DNA of 64,000 nucleotides from a virus: the IMG/VR virus record IMGVR_UViG_3300025711_000007, positions 15,785 to 79,784 of that record; one strand, written 5' to 3'. How positions within the stretch are numbered: position 1 is the first letter of the stretch; every line of letters starts with the position of its first letter. The position numbers and the translations under genes are program-made. The notes beneath the pieces were generated by a model, which saw only the letters and a program-made list of their open reading frames with translations, was not told the DNA's origin and did no database searches. Positions 54,519 to 63,501 of this stretch are shown one piece after another.

Positions 54519-57500
54519 GTGAGTGACCGGCCGCCGACCCAATTCGCCGAGACGCCGAAGCAAGCTCGGCGTCTCATGGACGAGCTCTACAGGGAAGCTT
54601 ACCTGCGTGGGAGGGTAACCGCGGTCGACACCGAGTTCGTCCCCGTCACGCACGAGCCGGTCCTGCTGTCCTACTCCTGGGGCAGCGGGATCCGGCGCGT
54701 CGTGCGCGCCGAGCTGGTCAAGGAGTTCTTCGGGGACTGGCTGACCGACCGCCAGTCCAAGATCGCCTACCAGAACTACAAGGAGGACGTCGAGACCATG
54801 GAGGCGATCGGGCTGCCGCGGAGCGGCCTCGTCGACTCGTTCTACGCCGACGTCATGATCATGGGCGTCCTCCGCGACGAGACTCTCCTGAAGCACGGCC
54901 TCAAGGCTCAGATGTTCCACTGGCTGAAGTGGTTCCGCCGCGAGTACGGGCAGCTGTTCTGTTACGTGCCGCTCGGCAAGAAGAAGGCGATCGTCATGGA
55001 CCCTCGGCAGGTCATGGACGACCTCCCGCCGGACGCCGTGACCAACGCGGTGGTGAAGTGGGGCGGGTCGAAGGGTGACCACAAGACAGGCGAGATGACC
55101 CGGGACGCGTGGCGCCAGCTGATGGTCGACTACGCCGGCGACGACGCGGAGGGCACGCAGGTCCTGGCGGTGAAGCACCGCCGGTACCTGAAGCAGACCG
55201 GGTACTGGGACGCGTACGTCGCGGTCGACAGGCCGTTCACGCTCACGCTGATGCAGTGCGAGGACGCGGGCGCCTTCATCGACCAGCCGATCCTGCGCAA
55301 GATCCTCCGCAAGCAGGAGATCCGCATCATACGCGCGCAGCACTGCTTCCGCGCCGCCGCCGGGAACCCGAGCTTGAACCTGCGGTCCGGGCCGCAGATG
55401 AAGAAGCTGCTGTTCGACGAGTGGGGTTGGCCAGAGCACCCGTCGGTGGAGACCGACAGCGGCGGGCTGTCGATGGACAAGGAGGTGCTCCAGTGGTGGT
55501 TGAAAGAGCACAAGCTCCAGATGGCAGAGGTGAAGTTGGCGTTCAACAACGCCAGCACGATGAAGGGCACGTTCTTGCTCGGGATCCTGAACGGGTTGAG
55601 CGACGATGGTCGGCTGCGCTCAGACCTTAACCAGATAGGAGCCAAGACGTCTGGCAGGATCAGTTCAAGAAAATTTGACGTTTTGAAAGAGAAGACCAAG
55701 ACGCTCAAGTCTGGAGTAGTCAAGACTTGGATCGAGAAGAAGAAGGCCGGAGCGAACCTGCAGAATATCCCAGCTCGTAAGGAGAAGGATCCCGACGGCA
55801 TCCGCGGGGCGTTTCGAGCCCCGTACGTCGGGGAGGTCACCGCGTGGGGCGACGCGGCGACGGAGCCCCACAAGCTGCTCGTGGCCGACTACAGCGGCTT
55901 CCACCTGGTGCTCGTCATCCATTTCTGCGCGAAGTTGACCAACGAGTCGGCGATGCTCGAGATCATGAGGAAGTACAAGACGCCGAGCGCCGTGCACGTG
56001 TACACGACGATCGAGATGTTCAAGCACGCGAAGCCGCACAGGTGCGACGCGTCGACCTGCAAGGACAAGACCGGGAACTGGAAGAAGCACCACGGAGAGG
56101 GCAAGCTGTACTCGCTCAAGGAATTCACCATGGACGACTGGGCCATGGTGAAGCCGCTGTTCCCCGACCAGTACACCTACGCCAAGAACTGTGTTACGGG
56201 CGAGACGATGATCCTGACCGAGCGCGGGTACAGGAGGATCGACGAGCTATGCGCCGGAGCGCCCATCGGGCGGTCGAAGCCAGCGACCCCGATCCGCATC
56301 GTGACGCGCGACGGTCTGCGCGAGGTCGCCGACCTGTACCGAGGCGGGTCGCAGCCAGTGAAGAAGGTGACGACCGAGCTCGGGTTCGCGGTGCGGGCGA
56401 ACGACTCGCACGACATGCCGGTGGTGCGCGGCGGCAAGATCGAGATGGTGAAGGTCGCTGATATGGTGGTAGGTGACCTCTGCGTGATCAAGTTCGGGAG
56501 CGACGTCCACGGACAGTCGAGACAGGTCCCGCAGATGGTGCAGGGCGGCGCGACCAGCTACAAACCGATCGACCTGCCTCGGGAGCTGACGCCGGAGGTC
56601 GCCCGTTTGCTTGGCTACTACGTATCCGAGGGCTACTCGGTGAAGTCGAACACGACGTACTACACGTCGTTCGGATTCGGGCCTGGGGACGACGACATGG
56701 TGATCGACGTGGAGCGGTGCCTGCGATCGGTTGTCGGGTCGCGCCTGAGGGCAGCCGAGGAGGGACCAGCTCGCAGGCTCTACGTCACCAGCAAGGACCT
56801 GTACGAGTGGTGGAGGTTCCTCGGGTGCGGGGAGTCGTCCGAGGACAAGCAGATCCCTCCGTGCGTGCTGTCAGCTCCGTGGGACGTCAAGCGCGAGTTC
56901 CTGCGCGCGTACTTCGCCGGCGACGGCAGCGCCCACAACGGAGTCGTCAAGGCGACGAGCAAGTCGGAGCTCCTCATCCGCCAGCTTCAGGGGGAGCTGA
57001 TCAACGTCGGGATCGCATGCAGCGTGGTGTCAGGCGAGATCGTCGACTACGGCGTGTTCTGGTCCTTGCAAATCGCGGCAGCTCGATATGTCCAGCGGTT
57101 CGCTCAGTACGTCGGGTTCGCGTCGGAGCGCAAGCAGCAATCGGTGAGCTCGGTGTCGCGCTCCATCGACCACTCTACACTCAGGCTAGAAGGCTTCGAG
57201 GGTGAGCACCAGACGTTCTACGACCGCGCCGTCGGAGACCTCCGTCAGCGCGTCGGGCAGTGCATCCGAGGGACCTGTCGGTTCGGCGAGAACATCGTCA
57301 GGAGATTGGACCAGGTGGAGGCGCTCTCCGGAACCGAGGTCGAGAAGATGGTCGACGACGGATTATGGACGGTGCGCGTGACGTCGATCGAGCCGGACGG
57401 AGAGGCCGAGGTGTTCGACCTCTACGAGCCGGTGCACAAGATGATGGTCGCCAGCGGTCTATTGGTTGGTGACACCAACTTCGCCCTCATCTTCCTCGGG

Positions 57501-58049
57501 TCGCCGTGGACGCTCGCCTACAACACGGGGCGTGACGCGAACAACGAGGCGGAGCTCGAGGAGTGCAAGCGCCACTACGACGACTGGTACGCGCTGTACC
57601 CGGAGGTCGCGCTGTACCAGCGCCACATGGTCGACCACGCGTACGAGCACGGGTGGGTCCCCACGATCGGTGGGCGCCGCGGCCACGTGCGCCGGATGCT
57701 CGAGGGGTGCGACATCAACGGTAAGTACATCCACGACGACGACAAGCGCAAGAAGATGATCAAGCACGGGGAGAGGGTGGCGACCAACATCCCCGCACAA
57801 GGGAGCGAAGCGGACATCGTCAAGATGGCGCTCAACCTGATCCGGACCAGCAAGCCGATGCGGGAGATGCGGGTAGCTCCGCTGTTCCCGGTGCACGACG
57901 AGGTCGTGTGCGAGGGTCCGGCGCGCACCGCGGAGGCGGGGCTCGCGGAGCAGATCCGACTCATGAAGGAGCCGTACCGCGACCAGATGGAGGTCGAGCT
58001 TGCAGTAGAGGGAGGAATCGGAGATAACTGGATATCGGCCAAGCCGTAG
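54519..58049 (+). CDS. Family A DNA polymerase with 3'-5' exonuclease and intein
   Basis: VDTEF and YAGDDA (exo); SGRISS, NLQNIP, ADYS, AK..NF, NIPAQGSEAD, VHDE. Confidence 0.95.
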   Translation: MSDRPPTQFAETPKQARRLMDELYREAYLRGRVTAVDTEFVPVTHEPVLLSYSWGSGIRRVVRAELVKEFFGDWLTDRQSKIAYQNYKEDVETMEAIGLPRSGLVDSFYADVMIMGVLRDETLLKHGLKAQMFHWLKWFRREYGQLFCYVPLGKKKAIVMDPRQVMDDLPPDAVTNAVVKWGGSKGDHKTGEMTRDAWRQLMVDYAGDDAEGTQVLAVKHRRYLKQTGYWDAYVAVDRPFTLTLMQCEDAGAFIDQPILRKILRKQEIRIIRAQHCFRAAAGNPSLNLRSGPQMKKLLFDEWGWPEHPSVETDSGGLSMDKEVLQWWLKEHKLQMAEVKLAFNNASTMKGTFLLGILNGLSDDGRLRSDLNQIGAKTSGRISSRKFDVLKEKTKTLKSGVVKTWIEKKKAGANLQNIPARKEKDPDGIRGAFRAPYVGEVTAWGDAATEPHKLLVADYSGFHLVLVIHFCAKLTNESAMLEIMRKYKTPSAVHVYTTIEMFKHAKPHRCDASTCKDKTGNWKKHHGEGKLYSLKEFTMDDWAMVKPLFPDQYTYAKNCVTGETMILTERGYRRIDELCAGAPIGRSKPATPIRIVTRDGLREVADLYRGGSQPVKKVTTELGFAVRANDSHDMPVVRGGKIEMVKVADMVVGDLCVIKFGSDVHGQSRQVPQMVQGGATSYKPIDLPRELTPEVARLLGYYVSEGYSVKSNTTYYTSFGFGPGDDDMVIDVERCLRSVVGSRLRAAEEGPARRLYVTSKDLYEWWRFLGCGESSEDKQIPPCVLSAPWDVKREFLRAYFAGDGSAHNGVVKATSKSELLIRQLQGELINVGIACSVVSGEIVDYGVFWSLQIAAARYVQRFAQYVGFASERKQQSVSSVSRSIDHSTLRLEGFEGEHQTFYDRAVGDLRQRVGQCIRGTCRFGENIVRRLDQVEALSGTEVEKMVDDGLWTVRVTSIEPDGEAEVFDLYEPVHKMMVASGLLVGDTNFALIFLGSPWTLAYNTGRDANNEAELEECKRHYDDWYALYPEVALYQRHMVDHAYEHGWVPTIGGRRGHVRRMLEGCDINGKYIHDDDKRKKMIKHGERVATNIPAQGSEADIVKMALNLIRTSKPMREMRVAPLFPVHDEVVCEGPARTAEAGLAEQIRLMKEPYRDQMEVELAVEGGIGDNWISAKP
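56190..57473 (+). mobile_element. Intein with LAGLIDADG endonuclease (428 aa) in polymerase motif B
   Basis: Starts CVTGET; LLGYYVSEG and FLRAYFAGDG; ends VFDL...SGLLVGD before Thr; removal restores AKNTNF. Confidence 0.92.
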
Positions 58050-58247
58050 ATGAATAGAGGCAAGTTGACAATGAGACCAGAAGAGTGGATATGCGCGGCT
58101 CTTTCAGTAGGAGCGGCGGAGGACAACTTCACGGTCATCGGAGTCGAGGGGCTCGGTAAGAACCGCGGGTCGCGCGTCAGGGTCCTGCATAAGGTGACCG
58201 GCGCCGTGTGGGTGTTCACGTGCAGAGTAGAGAGAGAAGGCGCGTGA
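58050..58247 (+). CDS. Small hypothetical protein
   Basis: Short AT-richer ORF after polymerase; start uncertain. Confidence 0.45.
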   Translation: MNRGKLTMRPEEWICAALSVGAAEDNFTVIGVEGLGKNRGSRVRVLHKVTGAVWVFTCRVEREGA

Positions 58248-58279
58248 AGTTCTGGGGATGCATGTAGAGATGGTGAATT

Positions 58280-58561
58280 ATGACAGCGCATCGTAGCAAG
58301 CCAACCATCACACCGGAACGCATCGCGTGGTTCCGCTCCTATAAGGATCGGAACCCGGAGTGGGGCGTGTTCCACGTATCGCTGGCGGACCACAACTACG
58401 ACCGTGGAGCATCCGAGTTCAAGATGCATGTGGGGTCGGACTGCACGATCTGGGACCTGCCTCGCAGTGAGTGGTCGGCGGACGAGCGCGACGCGGCCGA
58501 CTGGTTCGACAAGTTGACGCCGTCGCAGCGCAGGCGGCTCGCGCGGAAGGCATCGTCGTGA
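58280..58561 (+). CDS. Hypothetical protein
   Basis: GTGA coupling to next gene. Confidence 0.65.
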   Translation: MTAHRSKPTITPERIAWFRSYKDRNPEWGVFHVSLADHNYDRGASEFKMHVGSDCTIWDLPRSEWSADERDAADWFDKLTPSQRRRLARKASS

Positions 58562-59013
58562 AGTTTTGGGAGCGCCGCGAGGTCGGGCCGATCGACGCGG
58601 TCCACCCGATGACGAAGAAGCTCATCAAGGTGTACCCGCAGAGGGACGCGCGCATCAGCCACGACCTCGACGCGGAGCTGCGCCGCATGCCGGGGCTCCT
58701 GTCGTGGTGGATGGCTCTCCGGGACGAGGCCGAGAGGCACGTCAAGGAGATGCGCCACGCGGAGCACAACGTCGACGAGGACCTCTACGAGGAGTACCGC
58801 GGTAAAGCGGTCAAGGCCGCCACCGAGACCTCGATTAAGATGGCCGTCAAGCGGGACCCAAGGATGCGCCGCGCGTTCCGCGCGCGCATGGACGCGGAGG
58901 ACATGCACAGGCGGCTGAAGTCCTCGGTCGAGGCGATCATGGAGAAGCGCTGGAGCCTGCAGGGGCTCGTGAAGAACGCCGCGCAGGAGCGCGGAGTGAA
59001 GGACCACGCATGA
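58558..59013 (+). CDS. UvsY-like recombination mediator
   Basis: All-helical ~150 aa; TETSIKMAVKRDP..., AIMEKRWSLQ; upstream of SSB and RecA. Confidence 0.65.
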   Translation: MKFWERREVGPIDAVHPMTKKLIKVYPQRDARISHDLDAELRRMPGLLSWWMALRDEAERHVKEMRHAEHNVDEDLYEEYRGKAVKAATETSIKMAVKRDPRMRRAFRARMDAEDMHRRLKSSVEAIMEKRWSLQGLVKNAAQERGVKDHA

Positions 59014-59294
59014 GGGAAGACTCGAGAGCGTACGAGAGCGGACCGAATGGCAACCGTCTGCACTTCCACGACGGAGGCACGTGCCACGGCAGCTCCTCGT
59101 TGAGCGAGTGCGCCGAGCAGGCGATCTCCAACGCGTGGGTCGGCAAGATCCTCGAAGTCGAGGACCGCTACAGAGACGGCACAGTTGTCAAGTGCTACAG
59201 CTTGATTGCCGGAGCCTTCGATCATCACGGCAAGCGCGGAAGGTACGTTGCCGATGTGAAGATGGTGGTGGTGCCAATCGAGATGGAAACTTGA
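59010..59294 (+). CDS. Hypothetical protein
   Basis: ATGA coupling. Confidence 0.55.
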   Translation: MREDSRAYESGPNGNRLHFHDGGTCHGSSSLSECAEQAISNAWVGKILEVEDRYRDGTVVKCYSLIAGAFDHHGKRGRYVADVKMVVVPIEMET

Positions 59295-59327
59295 ACACAA
59301 AAACTTGAACTCGGGAGCCTGAACCAA

Positions 59328-60281
59328 ATGAAGAGTGACAAGAACAAGAAGACGAAGAAGTCCAACGACGATCTCGACGAGATGCGGGAAGCGTTCCGAC
59401 GCCACAACGAGCGCGCCAACGGGGGCGGCGGTGGAGGGAAAAACGACTACATCAAGCTGGCGGACGGCAAGAACTGGCTGTTCATCTTGCCGAGGCCAGG
59501 AGAGCGGAAGTTCTACACCGAGGGTTGGACGCACTTCAACGTCGGGCCGAACAACCGGGCGATCCGGTGCATCGACGAGGCGCACATCAACCTCGAGAGA
59601 GGGCTCCCCGAGAGCGGGACGCGCTGTCCGCTTTGTAAGAAGTTCCTACGCGAGCAAGCTCGCGTGAACAGCGAGTACGAGAAGGGCGACGCGGACGGTC
59701 AAGCCGAGTGGAAGCGCGCCAAGGACAAGTGGTGCGCGCGTCACCAATACTACTCCAACACGCTTCGCGAAGACGACGAGGGTGACTTCGAGGTCAAGAT
59801 CCTCGCGTACGGACCTCAGATCTGGGGTCAGCTGATGAACTACTACGTCGGAGACGACACCGACGTCGGAGACTTCACCAACCCGGAGTCCGGGACGTGG
59901 TTGAACATCAAGAAGGACAACAAGGGCGGCGGAAACTCTAAACGACGACGCAACGTGGAGTACAAGGTGTTCCCGGTCGACGGTCCCGGCATCAATGATG
60001 CATGGGGCGCGATCAAGGACGCGCTCCACGACCTCGACGGAGCGGCGGGCAAGGTCATCTCCTCCGACGAGATGATCGCGATCATGAAGGGCGTCGACGC
60101 CGACAAGGATTCTGACGACGACGTCAGCGACAGCCGGAGCAAGCGTATCAAGCGGCGTGACGATGACGATGACGATGACGATGACGGTGACGATGACGGT
60201 GACGATGACGGTGACGATCGTCCCGTGAAATCTAAGCTCGGGAGCAAGATCAAGAAGCACCGTCGCGACGACAGGTCGTGA
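59328..60281 (+). CDS. Single-stranded DNA-binding protein (gp32-like)
   Basis: ILP, H..C...CPLC Zn site, GDFTNPESG..LNIKK, VEY, Asp-rich tail. Confidence 0.85.
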   Translation: MKSDKNKKTKKSNDDLDEMREAFRRHNERANGGGGGGKNDYIKLADGKNWLFILPRPGERKFYTEGWTHFNVGPNNRAIRCIDEAHINLERGLPESGTRCPLCKKFLREQARVNSEYEKGDADGQAEWKRAKDKWCARHQYYSNTLREDDEGDFEVKILAYGPQIWGQLMNYYVGDDTDVGDFTNPESGTWLNIKKDNKGGGNSKRRRNVEYKVFPVDGPGINDAWGAIKDALHDLDGAAGKVISSDEMIAIMKGVDADKDSDDDVSDSRSKRIKRRDDDDDDDDDGDDDGDDDGDDRPVKSKLGSKIKKHRRDDRS

Positions 60282-61273
60282 CGATGTCGAAGATGAGCAA
60301 GGATGCGAGAGCTGACATGGTGCGCGAGATGCGCGCGCGGCACAGCTCTCGCGCGAGCGTGCGACCCGCCGCACCGACCCCAGTGCAGGACAAGGCGTTC
60401 GGCAAGTTGTCGCTGGCGCTGTCGAAGAAGTACAAAGGAGAGGTCTTCACCACGATCGCTAACGGGACGCGCGCGTCGAGCATCGACGCCGTCCCGTCCG
60501 GGTGGCGGGAGCTCGACGACCTGGTCACCGGGGAGACGGATCGGGACGCCAAGACGGTGGCCGGGTCCGGTCTGGGGTGGCCGCGCGGCCGGATCATCGA
60601 GATATTCGGGGACGAAGGTGTTGGAAAAACCTCCCTCGCGCTCCACATCATCGTCGCCGTCCAGGGACAGGGTGAGCGCTGCGCGTTCGTGGACGCCGAG
60701 CACGCGCTCGACGTGTCGTACGCGGCCAAGCTGGGCGTCGACCTGGCCAAGCTCGTGCTCAACCAGCCCGACCGCGGCGGCGAGCAGGCCCTCGACATCG
60801 TCACATCGCTGTGTGAGAGCAAGCTGTTCGGGTGCGTGGTGGTCGACTCGGTGGCCGCGCTCACGCCGCTCGCCGAGCTCGAGCTGGACCTGGAGGACAG
60901 CGCGCAGCCCGGAGGTCACGCGCGCCTGATGTCGCGGGCGCTGCGCAAGCTGGCGTCGATCGTGAGGAAGACGGGGACGATCCTCGTCTTCCTCAATCAG
61001 ACCAGGATGAAGATCGGGATCAAGTACGGCAACCCGAAGACCACCACCGGAGGGAACGCGCTCAAGTTCTACGCGAGCGTGCGCTTCGAGATGGTCGTGG
61101 TGAAGACCAAGAAGAGGGGCGACCGCGTCCAGTTCCGCCGGACCAGGATCCGGGCGGTCAAGAACAAGGTCGCGCCGCCGTTCCGCGACGTGTTCGCCGA
61201 TGTCTACCCGAACAGAGGGATTGTGGACGTCCACGGCGACCCGGACCTCGGTGAGGGTTCAGATGATGACTGA
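60278..61273 (+). CDS. recA: RecA-family recombinase
   Basis: PRGRIIEIFGDEGVGKT, FVDAEHALD, VVDSVAALTP, ARLMSRALRKL, TTGGNALKFYAS, VKNKVAPPF. Confidence 0.96.
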   Translation: MTMSKMSKDARADMVREMRARHSSRASVRPAAPTPVQDKAFGKLSLALSKKYKGEVFTTIANGTRASSIDAVPSGWRELDDLVTGETDRDAKTVAGSGLGWPRGRIIEIFGDEGVGKTSLALHIIVAVQGQGERCAFVDAEHALDVSYAAKLGVDLAKLVLNQPDRGGEQALDIVTSLCESKLFGCVVVDSVAALTPLAELELDLEDSAQPGGHARLMSRALRKLASIVRKTGTILVFLNQTRMKIGIKYGNPKTTTGGNALKFYASVRFEMVVVKTKKRGDRVQFRRTRIRAVKNKVAPPFRDVFADVYPNRGIVDVHGDPDLGEGSDDD

Positions 61274-61460
61274 GTACGAGCCGCGTCCGGAGTTCCTGTC
61301 CAGGTTGGAGGCGTCGACCGCGCGGCGTAACGACTTCGTCCTATACTGCAGGTCGTGCGAGTGGGTCGGGGAGACGAACGCGGCGCACGCGAGGTCGAGC
61401 GTGTGTCCGGAATGCAGAGACTACTCCGTCAGGATTTGGCAACACACAGTTAGGAGATGA
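61263..61460 (+). CDS. Small Zn-ribbon protein
   Basis: CRSC...CPEC. Confidence 0.6.
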   Translation: MMTEYEPRPEFLSRLEASTARRNDFVLYCRSCEWVGETNAAHARSSVCPECRDYSVRIWQHTVRR

Positions 61461-61464
61461 ACCA

Positions 61465-61722
61465 ATGAGGATGCTTACCGTAACGGACAGCGACATCATC
61501 GAGGCGGTCGGGTTCAACCCGACCGACAAGGACAAGTGGCTAGGGACGCTCGGCGTCGTGTTCAAGTCATCTGCGAGCGATGTCTACCTGTACGAAGGCG
61601 TCAGATACGAGGTCTACGTCAACCTGACTTCGGCGGACAGCATCGGCAAGTCGTTCCACGAGCTGTTCAGGAAAACGAAGTATCCGTTCACCAAGAGCGC
61701 GAGACCGACGCTCAACAAGTGA
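61465..61722 (+). CDS. KTSC domain protein
   Basis: SDIIEAVGF...LGVVFK...YLYEGV...LTSADSIGKSF...YPF. Confidence 0.85.
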   Translation: MRMLTVTDSDIIEAVGFNPTDKDKWLGTLGVVFKSSASDVYLYEGVRYEVYVNLTSADSIGKSFHELFRKTKYPFTKSARPTLNK

Positions 61723-61730
61723 ACATTTAG

Positions 61731-61761
61731 GTTGACGACGTCACCAAACTCCAACTAGAGT
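61731..61761 (+). promoter_or_regulatory. Sigma70-type leaderless promoter with palindromic operator
   Basis: TTGACG-N18-TAGAGT, ATG 7 nt after -10; GTTGACgacGTCACC. Confidence 0.6.
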
Positions 61762-61768
61762 TAGCAAC

Positions 61769-63271
61769 ATGAGATTGATTGGTTACTTGGTCATGTGTGT
61801 AGCGGTCGGCTGCGCGTCGCCGCCCACGTCCCGCGCATCGCAACGGTCGACCGCGGCGTGCACCTCCGCCAGGAGCTTCGGCGCGATCCCGGACGACGGC
61901 GAGGACGACCGGGTCGCCCTGCAGGCGGCGCTGGACGCGTGCGCCGGGGCCGTGGTCGACCTCGAGCCTGGGGTCTACCGCGTGGTCACGCCGGCGCGCC
62001 CCGCTGGCCGCCCGCTGGCGATGCTGAGCCTGCCCGACGGCACGTCCCTGGAGGGCAGGAGCGCGGCGTCCACGACGATCGAGTTCTCCGGCGACAACGG
62101 GAAGCTCGACTGGCGAGGGTTCCAGCTCGCCAGCGGGACCGCGCTGCGGCGTCTGAAGCTGGTCAGCTCGTTCGTCGCTGGGTCCACCGTGGAGCAGACC
62201 CACGTCGCCAGGGTGGACGGTCCAGCCCGCGGCGTCCACCTGCAGGACGTCGAGTGCACCCACCCGCAGAACGGGAGCAAGAGCGGGGATTGCTTCCAGG
62301 TGGTCGGGTACCCCCCGGACCAGCTGGTCTGGGACGTCGAGGTCGACCACGTCGACGTCAAGAACGCGGGGAGGTCTGGAGTGGCGATCCACTCCGGGCT
62401 GCGCGGCACCCTACGACCCGACGGCCACTGGACGTCGCGCATCCACGACAACCACTTCCGCGACGTCAGCGACCAGCCGGTCGACGGCGAGGGGTCGGGC
62501 GGCATCGACGGGCTGGAGATCGACCACAACGTGTTCGACTACCCGGCGAACATCGAGGGCTCGGCGTCAATCCAGATCCAGTCGAGCTCGCGCGTCTTCA
62601 TCCACGACAACGTGATGAACGGCCGCGGGGTCGACCTCTACGGGTGCGGCGGCTGCGTCCTCGAGCACAACAGGATCGACCAGACGGCGCCGGGGTTTCC
62701 CGCCGTCCAGCTTAGGAAGCAGGGGAGCGGCGTCAAGTTCGTCGACGAGTCGTACAGCCGGTCCCAGAGCTCCGGGACCGGCGCGGTCGTGGTCGTGGCT
62801 CAGAAGTTGAGCGCGCCGGACAACGTCGCGTTCGACCACGTCACGTTCGTCCAGCGCACGCCGGCTCCGGTGATCTCGACGATCGGGATCGCCGGGGTCG
62901 ACGTCCTCAACAGCACGTTGGTTTACGACGGGACCGGGTACATGCCGGGGATGCGGGTCGACGCGCTGTCGTTCTCCGGGTCGGGTGCGAGCGTGAACCC
63001 GTCGTGCACCGACAACCAGGTACCGAGCGACAACCCCGGCGTGAGGACGACCAGGATCCGCGTCCGGGACAACGCGGTCTTCGGTCCGTACAGGTCCGTG
63101 GTCGTCGTGAGCGGGTCGTACTGCGGGACCGGGTCGCTGGAGGTGACCCGCAACGTCGCGACGGGACCGCTGCAGGGTCTGCGCTGCGAGGGAGCCGCGG
63201 TCGGGTCCGGGATCACGGGACCCGTGGTCGCCAAGGACAACAGCATCCCCGCCAGCTCCTGCGCGATGTGA
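61769..63271 (+). CDS. Predicted lipoprotein with right-handed beta-helix (pectin lyase-like)
   Basis: MRLIGYLVMCVAVGC lipobox-like signal; FGAIPDDGEDDRVALQAALD; repeated IHDN/IDHN strands. Confidence 0.8.
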   Translation: MRLIGYLVMCVAVGCASPPTSRASQRSTAACTSARSFGAIPDDGEDDRVALQAALDACAGAVVDLEPGVYRVVTPARPAGRPLAMLSLPDGTSLEGRSAASTTIEFSGDNGKLDWRGFQLASGTALRRLKLVSSFVAGSTVEQTHVARVDGPARGVHLQDVECTHPQNGSKSGDCFQVVGYPPDQLVWDVEVDHVDVKNAGRSGVAIHSGLRGTLRPDGHWTSRIHDNHFRDVSDQPVDGEGSGGIDGLEIDHNVFDYPANIEGSASIQIQSSSRVFIHDNVMNGRGVDLYGCGGCVLEHNRIDQTAPGFPAVQLRKQGSGVKFVDESYSRSQSSGTGAVVVVAQKLSAPDNVAFDHVTFVQRTPAPVISTIGIAGVDVLNSTLVYDGTGYMPGMRVDALSFSGSGASVNPSCTDNQVPSDNPGVRTTRIRVRDNAVFGPYRSVVVVSGSYCGTGSLEVTRNVATGPLQGLRCEGAAVGSGITGPVVAKDNSIPASSCAM

Positions 63272-63273
63272 CC

Positions 63274-63501
63274 ATGCGGTGGCCGACTATGAAAGACATC
63301 GTGCTGAGCGCGAAGCACCTCCCGAAGGTCACGATTGGCGCGTCAGTGTCGTTCGACACCGGGCGGCCGATCGTCGAGTTCCGGTGCGGGGACTACGACG
63401 AGTCGTCCCTCACCCCGGCGGAAGCTCGCAGGATGGCGAGGGCTTTGGTGAAGGCCGCGGAGTGCTGCGACAAGAAGTCGGCGAGCACGAAGGGTCGCTG
63501 A
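63274..63501 (+). CDS. Small hypothetical protein
   Basis: LTPAEARRMARALVKAA helix; TGATG coupling; start may be 63289. Confidence 0.6.
   Translation: MRWPTMKDIVLSAKHLPKVTIGASVSFDTGRPIVEFRCGDYDESSLTPAEARRMARALVKAAECCDKKSASTKGR

Noticed and set aside
60158-60217. GACGAT/GACGGT microsatellite
   Set aside because: Encodes the ordinary acidic tail of the SSB
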